This document shows, piece after piece, positions 1 through 11,126 of a stretch of DNA of 64,000 nucleotides (its first letter is position 1; each line of letters begins with the position of its first letter). Made by a program: the position numbers and the translations under genes. The notes beneath the pieces were generated by a model. The model had not been told where the DNA came from. It saw only the letters and a list, made by a program, of their open reading frames with translations, and did not search any database. The stretch covers positions 398,226,001 to 398,290,000 of the forward strand of contig NC_091285.1 in NCBI RefSeq assembly GCF_032444005.1, given 5' to 3'. The stretch comes from Ranitomeya imitator (taxonomy: Eukaryota).

Positions 1-669
1 TGACCCCCAATGTATTCAAAGAGAAAGATTTTACAGTAATAAAGAAAAGCAGTGCAGAAGACCAGATTCAGGTTGTGTCCTCTACCTAGGAACACTAGGC
101 TAAAACAGAGCTGTCTAGTGTCCGAGGAGAGGGAGGCAACACTTTTGTTCACTTAGCTTCAAGCCTACTAGTGACAGGGCGCATACCCAAGGTGAAGTGG
201 CCCTCAATGCTATTACAAAGAAACCTTGGTATTATTCATTGAAATCCCTCGTGTTTGTATGGCTACGAGTCCAGTGGGCGGTCCTATTCAGTGACTGACA
301 GTCTTCCCTGCATGACTGTGTATGTAGAGATAGCGGTCAATCACTGAGTAGGACCGCCAAATGGGCACATGTATACAAAACACCAAGGATATTAATAAAA
401 GTTATACTGAATCTTTCCAACAAACTTGTGTCATTCTGCTAAGCTTCTCCCACTCCTATACCGTGCTGGCCACAGATTGTATATGCACAATGTCACAGGT
501 TCTTGTTAAGATGTGATCCCAAAACTTTTGTCTGTAAAGTTTATACGCACAACTACCTATTCCCTCTTCACACTGTAGATGAAGTAAAAAGTCACATCCA
601 TGAGAACTACCAGACAGGTAATATCTTAGCACTTTATGTACATGTATGTGGAAAATTAGAAGCACAAAC

Positions 670-753
670 CTTTCATTTTGATAGGATGGCATTTTCGGCT
701 GTGTGCTGCTGTTCTCCAGAAGATACAGACTATAGAATAGATTGTAATGGATC
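670..753 (-). CDS. FBH1: FBH1 exon (IHYNLFYSLYLLENSSTQ...)
   Basis: Matches FBH1 IHYNIFYCLYLQENS. Acceptor is taaccag|G and donor is AG|GTTTGT. 84 bp, phase 2 to 2. Confidence 0.9.
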
Positions 754-2877
754 CTGGTTACATAGTAGAAGCAAAAGAAAAAAAAAATCAAAAGCATATT
801 GGTTATAGCAGTTTCCATTTAACATGCCAATTTATCAGGGAATTGAAATGGAGCAATAGGCATCTAGTGGTCAGATACAGGTATATAGGTATACCAACAG
901 CTTGTGATTGTATGTTTGCACAGGTGTTTGAGAAAAAACAGCTAGTGAGTACTGGTGAAAGGACAATAGGGGCACATGGATGTTTGGGCTGAGCTGTCAT
1001 TTATTATGGCAGAGTTTTTGACAGATTATTTTCAACAGTTGCCATCATATAATGAAAGAGAAACCCAATGGCTACCAGTTGTCTAAATCTATTGTATGAT
1101 AAAATCACAGCCATGTGTAACCAGCCTTACTACACTAGAAACGCGGCCATTTTAGTCAAATAGTGTTTAAAGGAAAATTGTGATTAGGTTGATGCTGACT
1201 GCAACCATGTACAGTTGCTCTGAAATGCTGCAGCAATTCAGAGGATTCCTACTTTGGGGACTAGATGTCTCCGCTGCATGGTCACACACGGTCTCAGGCC
1301 ATCGTCTCCCTGTCCCGATTCCAATGATTGACAGATCTCTCTATGCACAGATATTTTGAGGGACCTGTCAGTCAACTGGAAGGAGGCCCGACATGCCTGC
1401 CAGGGGCCGCATCATACCAGTCTACGGAGACAACTATGCACCAGCAGCTTTCAGTGCATTTCCGAGGATAAGGAATCGCATCAGACTAATGGGCTTTCCA
1501 ATGTCCTGCTCCAGCTGACTGACAAATCCCTTGCCATGTGTGTTCATAAAAGAAACCAGTCAAAGATATCAGGACAAAGAGAAAGAAAACCATCATAAAA
1601 AGCTCTGACAAACGCAGAAATGTCTGCGCTACCACTTTGTGACTTATGGCATTTTCATTCCATTTTTGCCCAGCTCCGACAAAGTGAGAAGAGATGTGCT
1701 GTAAGAGGCGTAGCGACTAGTGATGAGAACGTGCTCTGATAAGGTGTTACCTGCGCATGCTCGTGTGCTAACCGAGTGTCTTCGGCGTGTGTGAAAAATA
1801 TGTTCGAGTCCCCGCGGCTGCATGGCTTGCACCTGTTCAGCAGACACAACACATGCATGGATTGCCTGTCTAACGGCTGAGAGACAAGAAGCCCTAGGGA
1901 CTCTGAGCACACAGAAGACACACAGCTAAACACGTGCAAGCTCAGATAACGCCTAATTGAGCATGTTCACTAGTCACTAGTAGTGACCCCTGCTTGCCAC
2001 ATTCATGGCGAGCGGCGGGGTACCTTGCGCCATGAATCTTACTCCAATCCCAAAGGCGCATACCTCTTTCCACCTTGCCTGACTAGTTAGGGTCGCACGC
2101 CTAATTAGACGCCTCGCCCTCCAGCCCACCACCTCATCAAAGCTGCTGTGAAAAACACCAGTATTGGTAAATTGGGGCCACCGTCTCTTGCGGCTTTTCA
2201 GAATAAAGCATACATGGAGGCAATCAATAAATACTGGCTGCATGAATCTAAAGACAGGATCCCTTTAAAGTGAACATCCACCTTTTAACAAAAGGTTATT
2301 TAGGTTTCGGTGTCTTCAGTAATAAGTTCACTATATGAAATGCATATTTTCCATCTTTATTAATCATGCTGATAAATATCAGTACTTTTTAAACTTGCAA
2401 TTACAATCAACCCATTACCCGGATATTGCCAATTTTCTTTTTTGTTTTTGTTTAGCTAGTTACCTAGATTACAGGTATCTGCTGCAGTCTATCAGCAACG
2501 GAACAAACGTGCAGTTCTTGCAAGTTTTACGGAGCTTGTAAGCACTGCACTGAAGCAGTCAGGGATTGCTGGAGCGTGCAGTTCGCTCCTGATTCCGGCC
2601 AACTAAAGCTTAACTGCACTTCTGATGGTTCAGAAGCGAAGCTGCCTCATACAACAGCACTGAGAGCACACCGTTTCATCAAGAAGAGCAAAGACTGTTG
2701 CTGGTCTAAACTGTCAATCAAGCGGCAGCGCCAGCTCCTCAGCAGCCATGATGTTGGGAGCAGTGCACTCAGATACCTGGTATTGCAGATCCTTCAAGTT
2801 GACAAATCTGACCAAAATGCTTGTGTGACTTATTTTAGATTTTTTTTTTTTTTTACAGTGTTAATTTTCACTTGTAC

Positions 2878-3068
2878 CTATTACTGATGCCAATCTTCTG
2901 TTCTCTCATGGCAAAGAGACAGGTTGCTAAACAGTATAATGCTTCCATGACTTCAATAAGCGGTAAAGGAGATCTAGAATGTCGCAAGCATCTCATTAAC
3001 CTCTGAATATCATCTACTTTGGTTGATAGGAGAACAATTACTGCGAATAATGCCCAAGCATTCACTTT
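2878..3068 (-). CDS. FBH1: FBH1 exon (KVNAWALFAVIVLLS...AMREQKIGISNR)
   Basis: Matches FBH1 VNIWALVAAVVLLS...LYAMRE.GINISNR. Acceptor is ttttattgcag| and donor is AG|GTACAA. 191 bp, phase 0 to 2. Confidence 0.95.
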
Positions 3069-3539
3069 CTGCAATAAAAAAAAAAAAAAAGATTAATGCA
3101 TTAAAAGGGAAGTAATCATAAAGGGACCCATTTTTGTGTTAAATGTCGCTTTTTTATAAAGTTTTGGCATTATTTTTTCTTTTTTAAAGGCAGCCTGTCA
3201 CCAGAAAAAATAAAAAAAAACTTATTAACTGACAGATATGTGTTAATCTGCAGGTTAATAGCATTTTTAACCTGCCTGTGCCTGCACTTAGCTGAACACT
3301 GCAGGGAGAAAGCTAACATTATTCCCCCTGCAGAGGTCCAGTTTCAGTCACAGGAGCGCACTGGTGCTGGTTCAGTCACTGCTCTGAATATACAGAGCAG
3401 CCGCTGTAACTGTGCCCCCGGCCCTGCCTGACCCTGACACTGCACTGCGGCCGGCTGTCAGTCAGGGTGCCTGGGGAGCCCCGCTTCCAAAGCACATTCT
3501 CCACTGCACAGCTGAATCATGACGTGCACCCACCATTAA

Positions 3540-3867
3540 AGGGAACCTGTCACCTGAATTTGGCGGGACTGGTTTTGGGTCATATGGGCGGAGTTTTCTG
3601 GTGTTTGATTCACCCTTTCCTTACCCGCTGGCTGCATGCTGGCTGCAATATTGGATTGAAGTTCATTCTCTGTCCTCCATAGTACACGCCTGCACAAGGC
3701 AAGATTGCTTTGCGCAGGCGTGTACTATGGAGGACAGAGAATGAACTTCAATCCAATATTACAGCCAGCATGCAGCCAGCGGGTAAGGAAAGGGTGAATC
3801 AAACACCCGAAAACTCCGCCCATATGACCCAAAACCAGTCCCGCCAAATTCAGGTGACAGAGTCCCT
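3540..3867. mobile_element. Palindromic T2/Kolobok-type MITE
   Basis: 328-bp near-perfect palindrome with AGGGA...TCCCT ends and TTAA on both sides (3536-3539, 3868-3871). Confidence 0.85.
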
Positions 3868-4414
3868 TTAATATATAATTAGTTATTATGCAACCCACCA
3901 TTCCACCACTGTGGCCCCCACTAACTATAAATAGCCATTTTCCCCACCCAATAAAAAAAAATTAATTACCATTACAACTCTTTCCACAATTCAATACCAG
4001 TCACTCTTGCATCCTCAACTCAATGCCCCCATTCTGTACCTCCCGCTCCCCCAATTCATTATATTTACATGCCACCCTTTACCCCAATTCATTGTCATGA
4101 TGATGCCCTGTGTCCCCCACCCTCTATTCATTATCAACTGCTCTCCCCCACCCTCAATCATTTGCTCTCCCCACACCCATATAATTCATTTCAGTACGGG
4201 TATCCTGGCGTGCGTACATATTACCTAAGCGATGACATCATCACGTTTTGAGCTCCTGCGACACTTCACCGCTGACCCAACCAGCTCCCCGTACAGGAAA
4301 AGCGGAGAACTGATCGGAGCAGCGTTGAAGTGGGTCCTGTACGTGGGGGCCGCACAGAATGACATGGCAGGTCCAGTTCAGCCTGCGGCTTTGAATTTGA
4401 CACCTATGTCGTAG

Positions 4415-4800
4415 CAGATGACCCCTTGTCCTCGTCACAAGTCTAGGCGTAAAAAGATCATTAGAAAGATCTCTGTACATTATAATAAGATCGTCCCTAA
4501 GACTTCGTTTTTCCAAACTGAATAACACCAAGTTTATCTTGGTACTCCACCCATTCCCATAATAACCTTGGATGCCCTTCTCTGCAGCCGCTGTAGATGA
4601 GCCATGTCCTTAGAATACTGTGCACAATTTTGGTCTCCAGTGTATAAGTGTGGCCGCACTAGTGACTTGTTTAGAAGTAAAGCTCTCGCTATAAGCATCT
4701 CTTTTAATGCATCCCATTATTTGATGAGCCTTGGCAGCAGCTGTCTGACGCTGGTCAATAAGTTTAGTTGTGACTAGTGGATCCCGAGTCATCAATTGAA
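4415..4800 (-). mobile_element. CR1 LINE 3' RT fragment, degenerate
   Basis: LFSLEKRSLRDDLI..RTRGH and KAHQIMGCIKR motifs are typical of the CR1 ORF2 C-terminus. Frameshifted. Confidence 0.8.
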
Positions 4801-6119
4801 CATAGAGGTGTTACCTGGTATGTAATCTGGTCTGTGCTAAGGAAACTACTACATATTGTCATGATATGAAGTATTTACAGGAGGAGCCTAAAAAAAAAAA
4901 ATAGTCAGTGGCCAGTGTGAAAATTGCAAGAGCACTCATTTTGTTTGTTACAAAGATTGAATATTTAACTATAAAAAAAAAAGTCACAAAAAAATATATA
5001 ATGCATGCAACGAAAACCAGTAGGTAATTTTTGTTATGACGGCTTCCCTTTAAAGGGCAACTCATTTTAATTTTTTTTTTTCATAAAATCAATAGTTTAC
5101 ATGAAAAACTTCGTAATCTAGCTTAGCGAAGACCTGTTTTGTTTTTTTTTCCCCTCCTCAATATTCTCTGTTCACAGGTCTCTATTAAGGAGGTAGGAGT
5201 TGCTGCCCACAATTCTGGGTAGAATTGTGACTTTCCTTTCAGCAGCAGAATGTCCGTCTGCCGCTACCATCTTCCATAGAACAGCATGAGCAGAAAACAT
5301 TATCTCTCTGACTAATGGGGAAATCAGTCTTCACTGACCACAGATTGTTCAGATTTCCCCTAGGAACTGACAGTGAAAGAAGCCAGTTTCCATGATCATT
5401 TATTACACAGTTGCTTATTTTCATGTGGGACTATTCGTGCTTGAAATAAATATTAAAATTATGGCTATGCTTCAATTTTAAATTATTGCCGACCAAACAC
5501 TGATAACTTAGAATATCAAAAACCACATCAGCATATAAGGAGGCTATGTTTCTCTGTATTTCATACACTGGACACTTTTACTTACTATACACACAATATT
5601 ATAAAAGTTACATAGTGATTATTATAATGGCAAGAAAAGAAGACACTGATTCGGCCAATTAAATGGCTTTAAATAAATCCAAAGTATTGGTGGCTGGCCA
5701 CAATGATACATTGAGAAGACCGACACTGCTGCTGCATGTGCAGTTTCTATAGTTGGATGTTTAGACCCGATGAACTTGTGCCTGAAATGCTTTGACTGTT
5801 GCCCTCTAGTGACCGCATGCTGATACTACACAAATTTAGCTTAAAGTGCAGGTTATCATTCTGCAAGTCTGCAAAAATAGGGCACTTTTTTTGCACTGCC
5901 TGTAAGAACGCCACAAGAAAAAAAAAATTCTAACAATATATATTTGTTTTTTTTGTTTTTAAAGATTAAATAAAATTAGATTACTTTGACTGTAATTATG
6001 GTCATTTTAGTTTACATTGAATAGACAACACATAAGAGATGCAAAATAAGTATCTACTCTGCAGAAAATAAATAAATAGCAATAGTTTATGAAAATAAAG
6101 TACTTAGTTAACATAATAT

Positions 6120-6745
6120 TGATCCAAAATGAACTGGAATATAAGTTGCTGTGCATGCAACACGTAGGCCCGTGTTCACACTGGTCACTAAACAGACAAA
6201 ATCCAAGAAAAAAAAAAAAAAGAACAAATACCCTTTACTAAATAAATAAAAAGCATTAGTGCATGAAAAGAACAGTATGTGGTTAACATTTTGAGCAAAA
6301 AAACAAAAGCCATCCCACCACATCAAGGTGACCCTATTTGGGACGGTCCCAACCTTTAGTATTAGAGGTTTCCATTTTTTCTTTGAGCTCGACATTGTTT
6401 ATATATCTCTCTCCCATCGATGGGTGTCAATTAGTCAGGGTTTCCGTCCTATTAGGCCCCTATTCAAATGTACGTCATTTGACACATGGTAAGGTTTTAA
6501 TACTAGCAGTTAGGACCATCCTGAATAAGGTCACCTTGATGTGGTGGGATGGCTTTTACTTTTTTTTTTTTTCATCAAAATAATGTTAACCAAGCAGCCT
6601 GTGTTAATTTCATGCACTATTCTTATTTATTTACTTCATGGTATTTGCTCATTTTGTTTTTATCTTAGGTTTCAGCTGTTTAGTGGCCAGTGTTAATATG
6701 CCCCTACACGTTGCATGCATACCAACTTATATTCCAGTTCATCTC
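6120..6745. mobile_element. Old imperfect palindromic MITE-like element
   Basis: Inverted arms, e.g. gccatcccaccacatcaaggtgacc versus ggtcaccttgatgtggtgggatggc, and tggaatataagttg versus caacttatattcca. Confidence 0.55.
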
Positions 6746-6790
6746 TTTAGGTTTTAGTTTCTAGTGGATCCAGACAGTCTCTTCTAATCA

Positions 6791-9194
6791 TTTCAAAAAC
6801 CTGACCTGCACATCCAAACATAGACTGAGTGTGAACAGGTGCTGAACCCAGAGTCGCCAACTCGTATATAGTTAAATAAATAGGGCAGCACACTGCAGCG
6901 CCAAAACATGTAAACTTGAAAAAACGAAATTTGAACTGCATTACTGCACTAGAAATATGAAAAATGAGAGCTTTTAACGCACAAAAATGGCCAATTTTAT
7001 GTGTACCTCGTAGCCACGTTAAGGCATCTCTCTTATACGAGGTCCTAAGTTTGACCTACCTCATTGAGAATAAACGTCTCCATCTGAACGGGTACATGTG
7101 AAACCTCTTCTTGGACTCAAATTCTCTCTCTCTGTGGAGGGGTATTGGACCTACTATAATTAAAACACCTGAAGCTAGGAGGCGGGGAGTGCACGATCAG
7201 AAGGCTAGAGAATACATTTCAAAAACCTGACCTGCACATCCAAACATAGACTGAGTGTGAACAGGTGCTGAACCCAGAGTCGCCAACTCGTATATAGTTA
7301 AATAAATAGGGCAGCACACTGCAGCGCCAAAACATGTAAACTTGAAAAAACGAAATTTGAACTGCATTACTGCACTAGAAATATGAAAAATGAGAGCTTT
7401 TAGCGCACAAAAATGGCCAATTTTATGTGTACCTCGTAGCCACGTTAAGGCATCTCTCTTATACGAGGTCCTAAGTTTGACCTACCTCATTGAGAATAAA
7501 CGTCTCCATCTGAACGGGTACATGTGAAACCTCTTCTTGGACTCAAATTCTCTCTCTCTGTGGAGGGGTATTGGACCTACTATAATTAAAACACCTGAAG
7601 CTAGGAGGCGGGGAGTGCACGATCAGAAGGCTAGAGAATACATTTCAAAAACCTGACCTGCACATCCAAACATAGACTGAGTGTGAACAGGTGCTGAACC
7701 CAGAGTCGCCAACTCGTATATAGTTAAATAAATAGGGCAGCACACTGCAGCGCCAAAACATGTAAACTTGAAAAAACGAAATTTGAACTGCATTACTGCA
7801 CTAGAAATATGAAAAATGAGAGCTTTTAGCGCACAAAAATGGCCAATTTTATGTGTACCTCGTAGCCACGTTAAGGCATCTCTCTTATACGAGGTCCTAA
7901 GTTTGACCTACCTCATTGAGAATAAACGTCTCCATCTGAACGGGTACATGTGAAACCTCTTCTTGGACTCAAATTCTCTCTCTCTGTGGAGGGGTATTGG
8001 ACCTACTATAATTAAAACACCTGAAGCTAGGAGGCGGGGAGTGCACGATCAGAAGGCTAGAGAATACATTTCAAAAACCTGACCTGCACATCCAAACATA
8101 GACTGAGTGTGAACAGGTGCTGAACCCAGAGTCGCCAACTCGTATATAGTTAAATAAATAGGGCAGCACACTGCAGCGCCAAAACATGTAAACTTGAAAA
8201 AACGAAATTTGAACTGCATTACTGCACTAGAAATATGAAAAATGAGAGCTTTTAGCGCACAAAAATGGCCAATTTTATGTGTACCTCGTAGCCACGTTAA
8301 GGCATCTCTCTTATACGAGGTCCTAAGTTTGACCTACCTCATTGAGAATAAACGTCTCCATCTGAACGGGTGATGCCTTAACGTGGCTCAGTCTATGTTT
8401 GGATGTGCAGGTCAGGTTTTTGAAATGTATTCTCTAGCCTTCTGATCGTGCACTCCCCGCCTCCTAGCTTCAGGTGTTTTAATTATAGTAGGTCCAATAC
8501 CCCTCCACAGAGAGAGAGAATTTGAGTCCAAGAAGAGGTTTCACATGTACCCGTTCAGATGGAGACGTTTATTCTCAATGAGGTAGGTCAAACTTAGGAC
8601 CTCGTATAAGAGAGATGCCTTAACGTGGCTACGAGGTACACATAAAATTGGCCATTTTTGTGCGCTAAAAGCTCTCATTTTTCATATTTCTAGTGCAGTA
8701 ATGCAGTTCAAATTTCGTTTTTTCAAGTTTACATGTTTTGGCGCTGCAGTGTGCTGCCCTATTTATTTAACTATATACGAGTTGGCGACTCTGGGTTCAG
8801 CACCTGTTCACACTCAGTCTATGTTTGGATGTGCAGGTCAGGTTTTTGAAATGTATTCTCTAGCCTTCTGATCGTGCACTCCCCGCCTCCTAGCTTCAGG
8901 TGTTTTAATTATAGTAGGTCCAATACCCCTCCACAGAGAGAGAGAATTTGAGTCCAAGAAGAGGTTTCACATGTACCCGTTCAGATGGAGACGTTTATTC
9001 TCAATGAGGTAGGTCAAACTTAGGACCTCGTATAAGAGAGATGCCTTAACGTGGCTACGAGGTACACATAAAATTGGCCATTTTTGTGCGCTAAAAGCTC
9101 TCATTTTTCATATTTCTAGTGCAGTAATGCAGTTCAAATTTCGTTTTTTCAAGTTTACATGTTTTGGCGCTGCAGTGTGCTGCCCTATTTATTT
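6791..9194. repeat. 426-bp monomer concatemer: about 3.7 direct copies plus about 1.9 inverted copies, flanked by a 15-bp TSD
   Basis: Units start at 6791, 7217, 7643 and 8069. Inverted copies run 8388-9194 (period 8388 to 8814). AGTCTCTTCTAATCA occurs at 6776-6790 and 9195-9209. Confidence 0.95.
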
Positions 9195-9592
9195 AGTCTC
9201 TTCTAATCAGACTTATGGGCTGTAGACATTTATCACTTATAAATCAATTATTTCTTACGGTTTTCCAATGTGTCCGTTAAAAATATTGTCTATCAGCGAT
9301 TTTCTGATAAGCTATCCAGGAAAAATAAAAACATTTGTAACCCTGGCGGGGATACAGTATTCAATGCATGTGTGAATAATGCTTTTAATTAAAAACAGGA
9401 ATATCTGATGAGCAATTCATGCCCGTATTAATTACTATACACTTCATTGCATTTTAGACCACTGGTTGGTAATAACATTCAATCCAACTCTAAAGGGTAT
9501 TCTCATTTATGTGTAATGGTATGTCCAAAGGTATGCTTTGTCCCCTTTTTCTCACTGTAGGGTGCCTGAGTGCTGATGTACAGTCCACTTAA

Positions 9593-9839
9593 AGGGATTC
9601 ATTCAGCACAGAATGACTTAAAACCAAGTCCCGCCATTTGGTGCTTTATGGAGGGGCCAGTCATTTATATACGGCTTCACACTTGCTTGTTTTTCAATCA
9701 TCACCACCCCCTTCTCTGGCCTCTTGAGCTGTCAAAGAAGGATGTTGAAAGTGGGGAAGGTGTATAAATGATTAGCATAGCCATGATGCACCAAGCCCCT
9801 GTACTGTGTTTCAACAGTCATTCTGTGCTGACAGTCCCT
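9593..9839. mobile_element. T2/Kolobok-type MITE
   Basis: TTAA|AGGGA...cagcacagaatgac and gtcattctgtgctg...TCCCT|TTAA. Confidence 0.7.
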
Positions 9840-10095
9840 TTAAGCTCTCCCTGCACCATGGAGCTCCAGTCAACATGGCTGTTCCAGGATCTGCACAAAG
9901 GCCCATTAACGTAAATGAGTGAAGGTCGGCCCCCAACGTCATAACTACAGGTGGATTCTCTCTCCTTGATACACCATCACTTGAGCAGATACCCTCTTAA
10001 ACCCCACATAAGCCGTCAGTTACAATGTAGTTTGACACAAAAAGTTGAACCTATACTTTATGGATGCCAGCTTCATAATATGTATATGTACATAC

Positions 10096-10225
10096 CTCAC
10101 TGCTACATACAAGCTCAGGAAATCTCTGGACAACACATTTTTCTGCAATTTCATATAAATGGTGATTCTTCAGACATTCCAAAATGGCCTGCGAGTCGGT
10201 GAGATTAGACCAAGAGGCAAAGTAC
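10096..10225 (-). CDS. FBH1: FBH1 exon (YFASWSNLTDSQAILECLKNHHLYEIAEKCVVQRFPELVCSSE)
   Basis: Acceptor is attatatag|G and donor is GAG|GTATGT. 130 bp, phase 2 to 0, fitting both neighbours. Similar to the FBH1 segment L.DHPLLPEAEACV...P.L. Confidence 0.88.
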
Positions 10226-10253
10226 CTATATAATATTCAAAGGTCAGTCAGTT

Positions 10254-10287
<34 letters not shown>

Positions 10288-10335
10288 CATCCACACAGCC
10301 AAGAAATTAAAATCATTAATCTGAAAAGCATAAAA

Positions 10336-10542
10336 NNNNNNNNNNNNNNNNNNNNNNNNNNNNNNNNNNNNNNNNNNNNNNNNNNNNNNNNNNNNNNNNN
10401 NNNNNNNNNNNNNNNNNNNNNNNNNNNNNNNNNNNNNNNNNNNNNNNNNNNNNNNNNNNNNNNNNNNNNNNNNNNNNNNNNNNNNNNNNNNNNNNNNNNN
10501 NNNNNNNNNNNNNNNNNNNNNNNNNNNNNNNNNNNNNNNNNN
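10336..10542. other. Assembly gap (207 N)
   Basis: Run of N. Confidence 1.
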
Positions 10543-11126
10543 GGACTAGAAAATCCTTCCAGGCATGCTCAGAATGAAAAAACGGGATACGTCGCTGGAT
10601 TCCTGTGTGTGACGGTCAGCGACGGATCCTGTGTCCATAAGCTTCCATTATAGCCAACGGACAGCGCAGGGCCCGTCGCTGAGCAATTTTCCGACATGCA
10701 AAAAAAAAGTTCCTCTGACGTTGTCCTCGCCCGACGGACCGCTATTTTCCGACGGATCCAGTGCACGACGGATGAAACGGAAGGCCATCCGTCGCTAATA
10801 CAAGTCTATGGGATAAAAAACAGGATCCTGCAGAAAAATTGGCAGGATCCTGTTTTTTCCAAAAAGCGACGGATTTCGACATGAGGAAAATGACAGAAGT
10901 GTGAAAGAGGCCTAAGTGGTGACCCTCTATTTTAGCAGTATGTCCTATCAATCAGAAGTGCACAACCCGCAGCCTGCACTGCGCCCAATTGTGGCCCCCG
11001 CAGTCGTGAGCTGAAACCACCGATTGCATAGGAATGTGATCAGCAGTGTCAGCGCCTCTGCATGAGAAACACCGGGGGGCCAACACCTCCCGTGTGGCTG
11101 TCAAGCCAATAAGTGCTTTCTTTTAA

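Noticed and set aside
553-572. Possible next FBH1 micro-exon (ctacag|TGTG...ATAG|GTAGTT)
   Set aside because: In the required phase it reads through to TAG, and it does not resemble the expected QLTHEQQ segment.
6791-9194. CRISPR-like array or canonical hammerhead ribozyme
   Set aside because: The units are identical with no spacers, and the context is eukaryotic. No CUGANGA...GAAA core was found on either strand by eye.
10252-10653. 133-aa ORF
   Set aside because: An artefact of a poly-A run plus the N gap.
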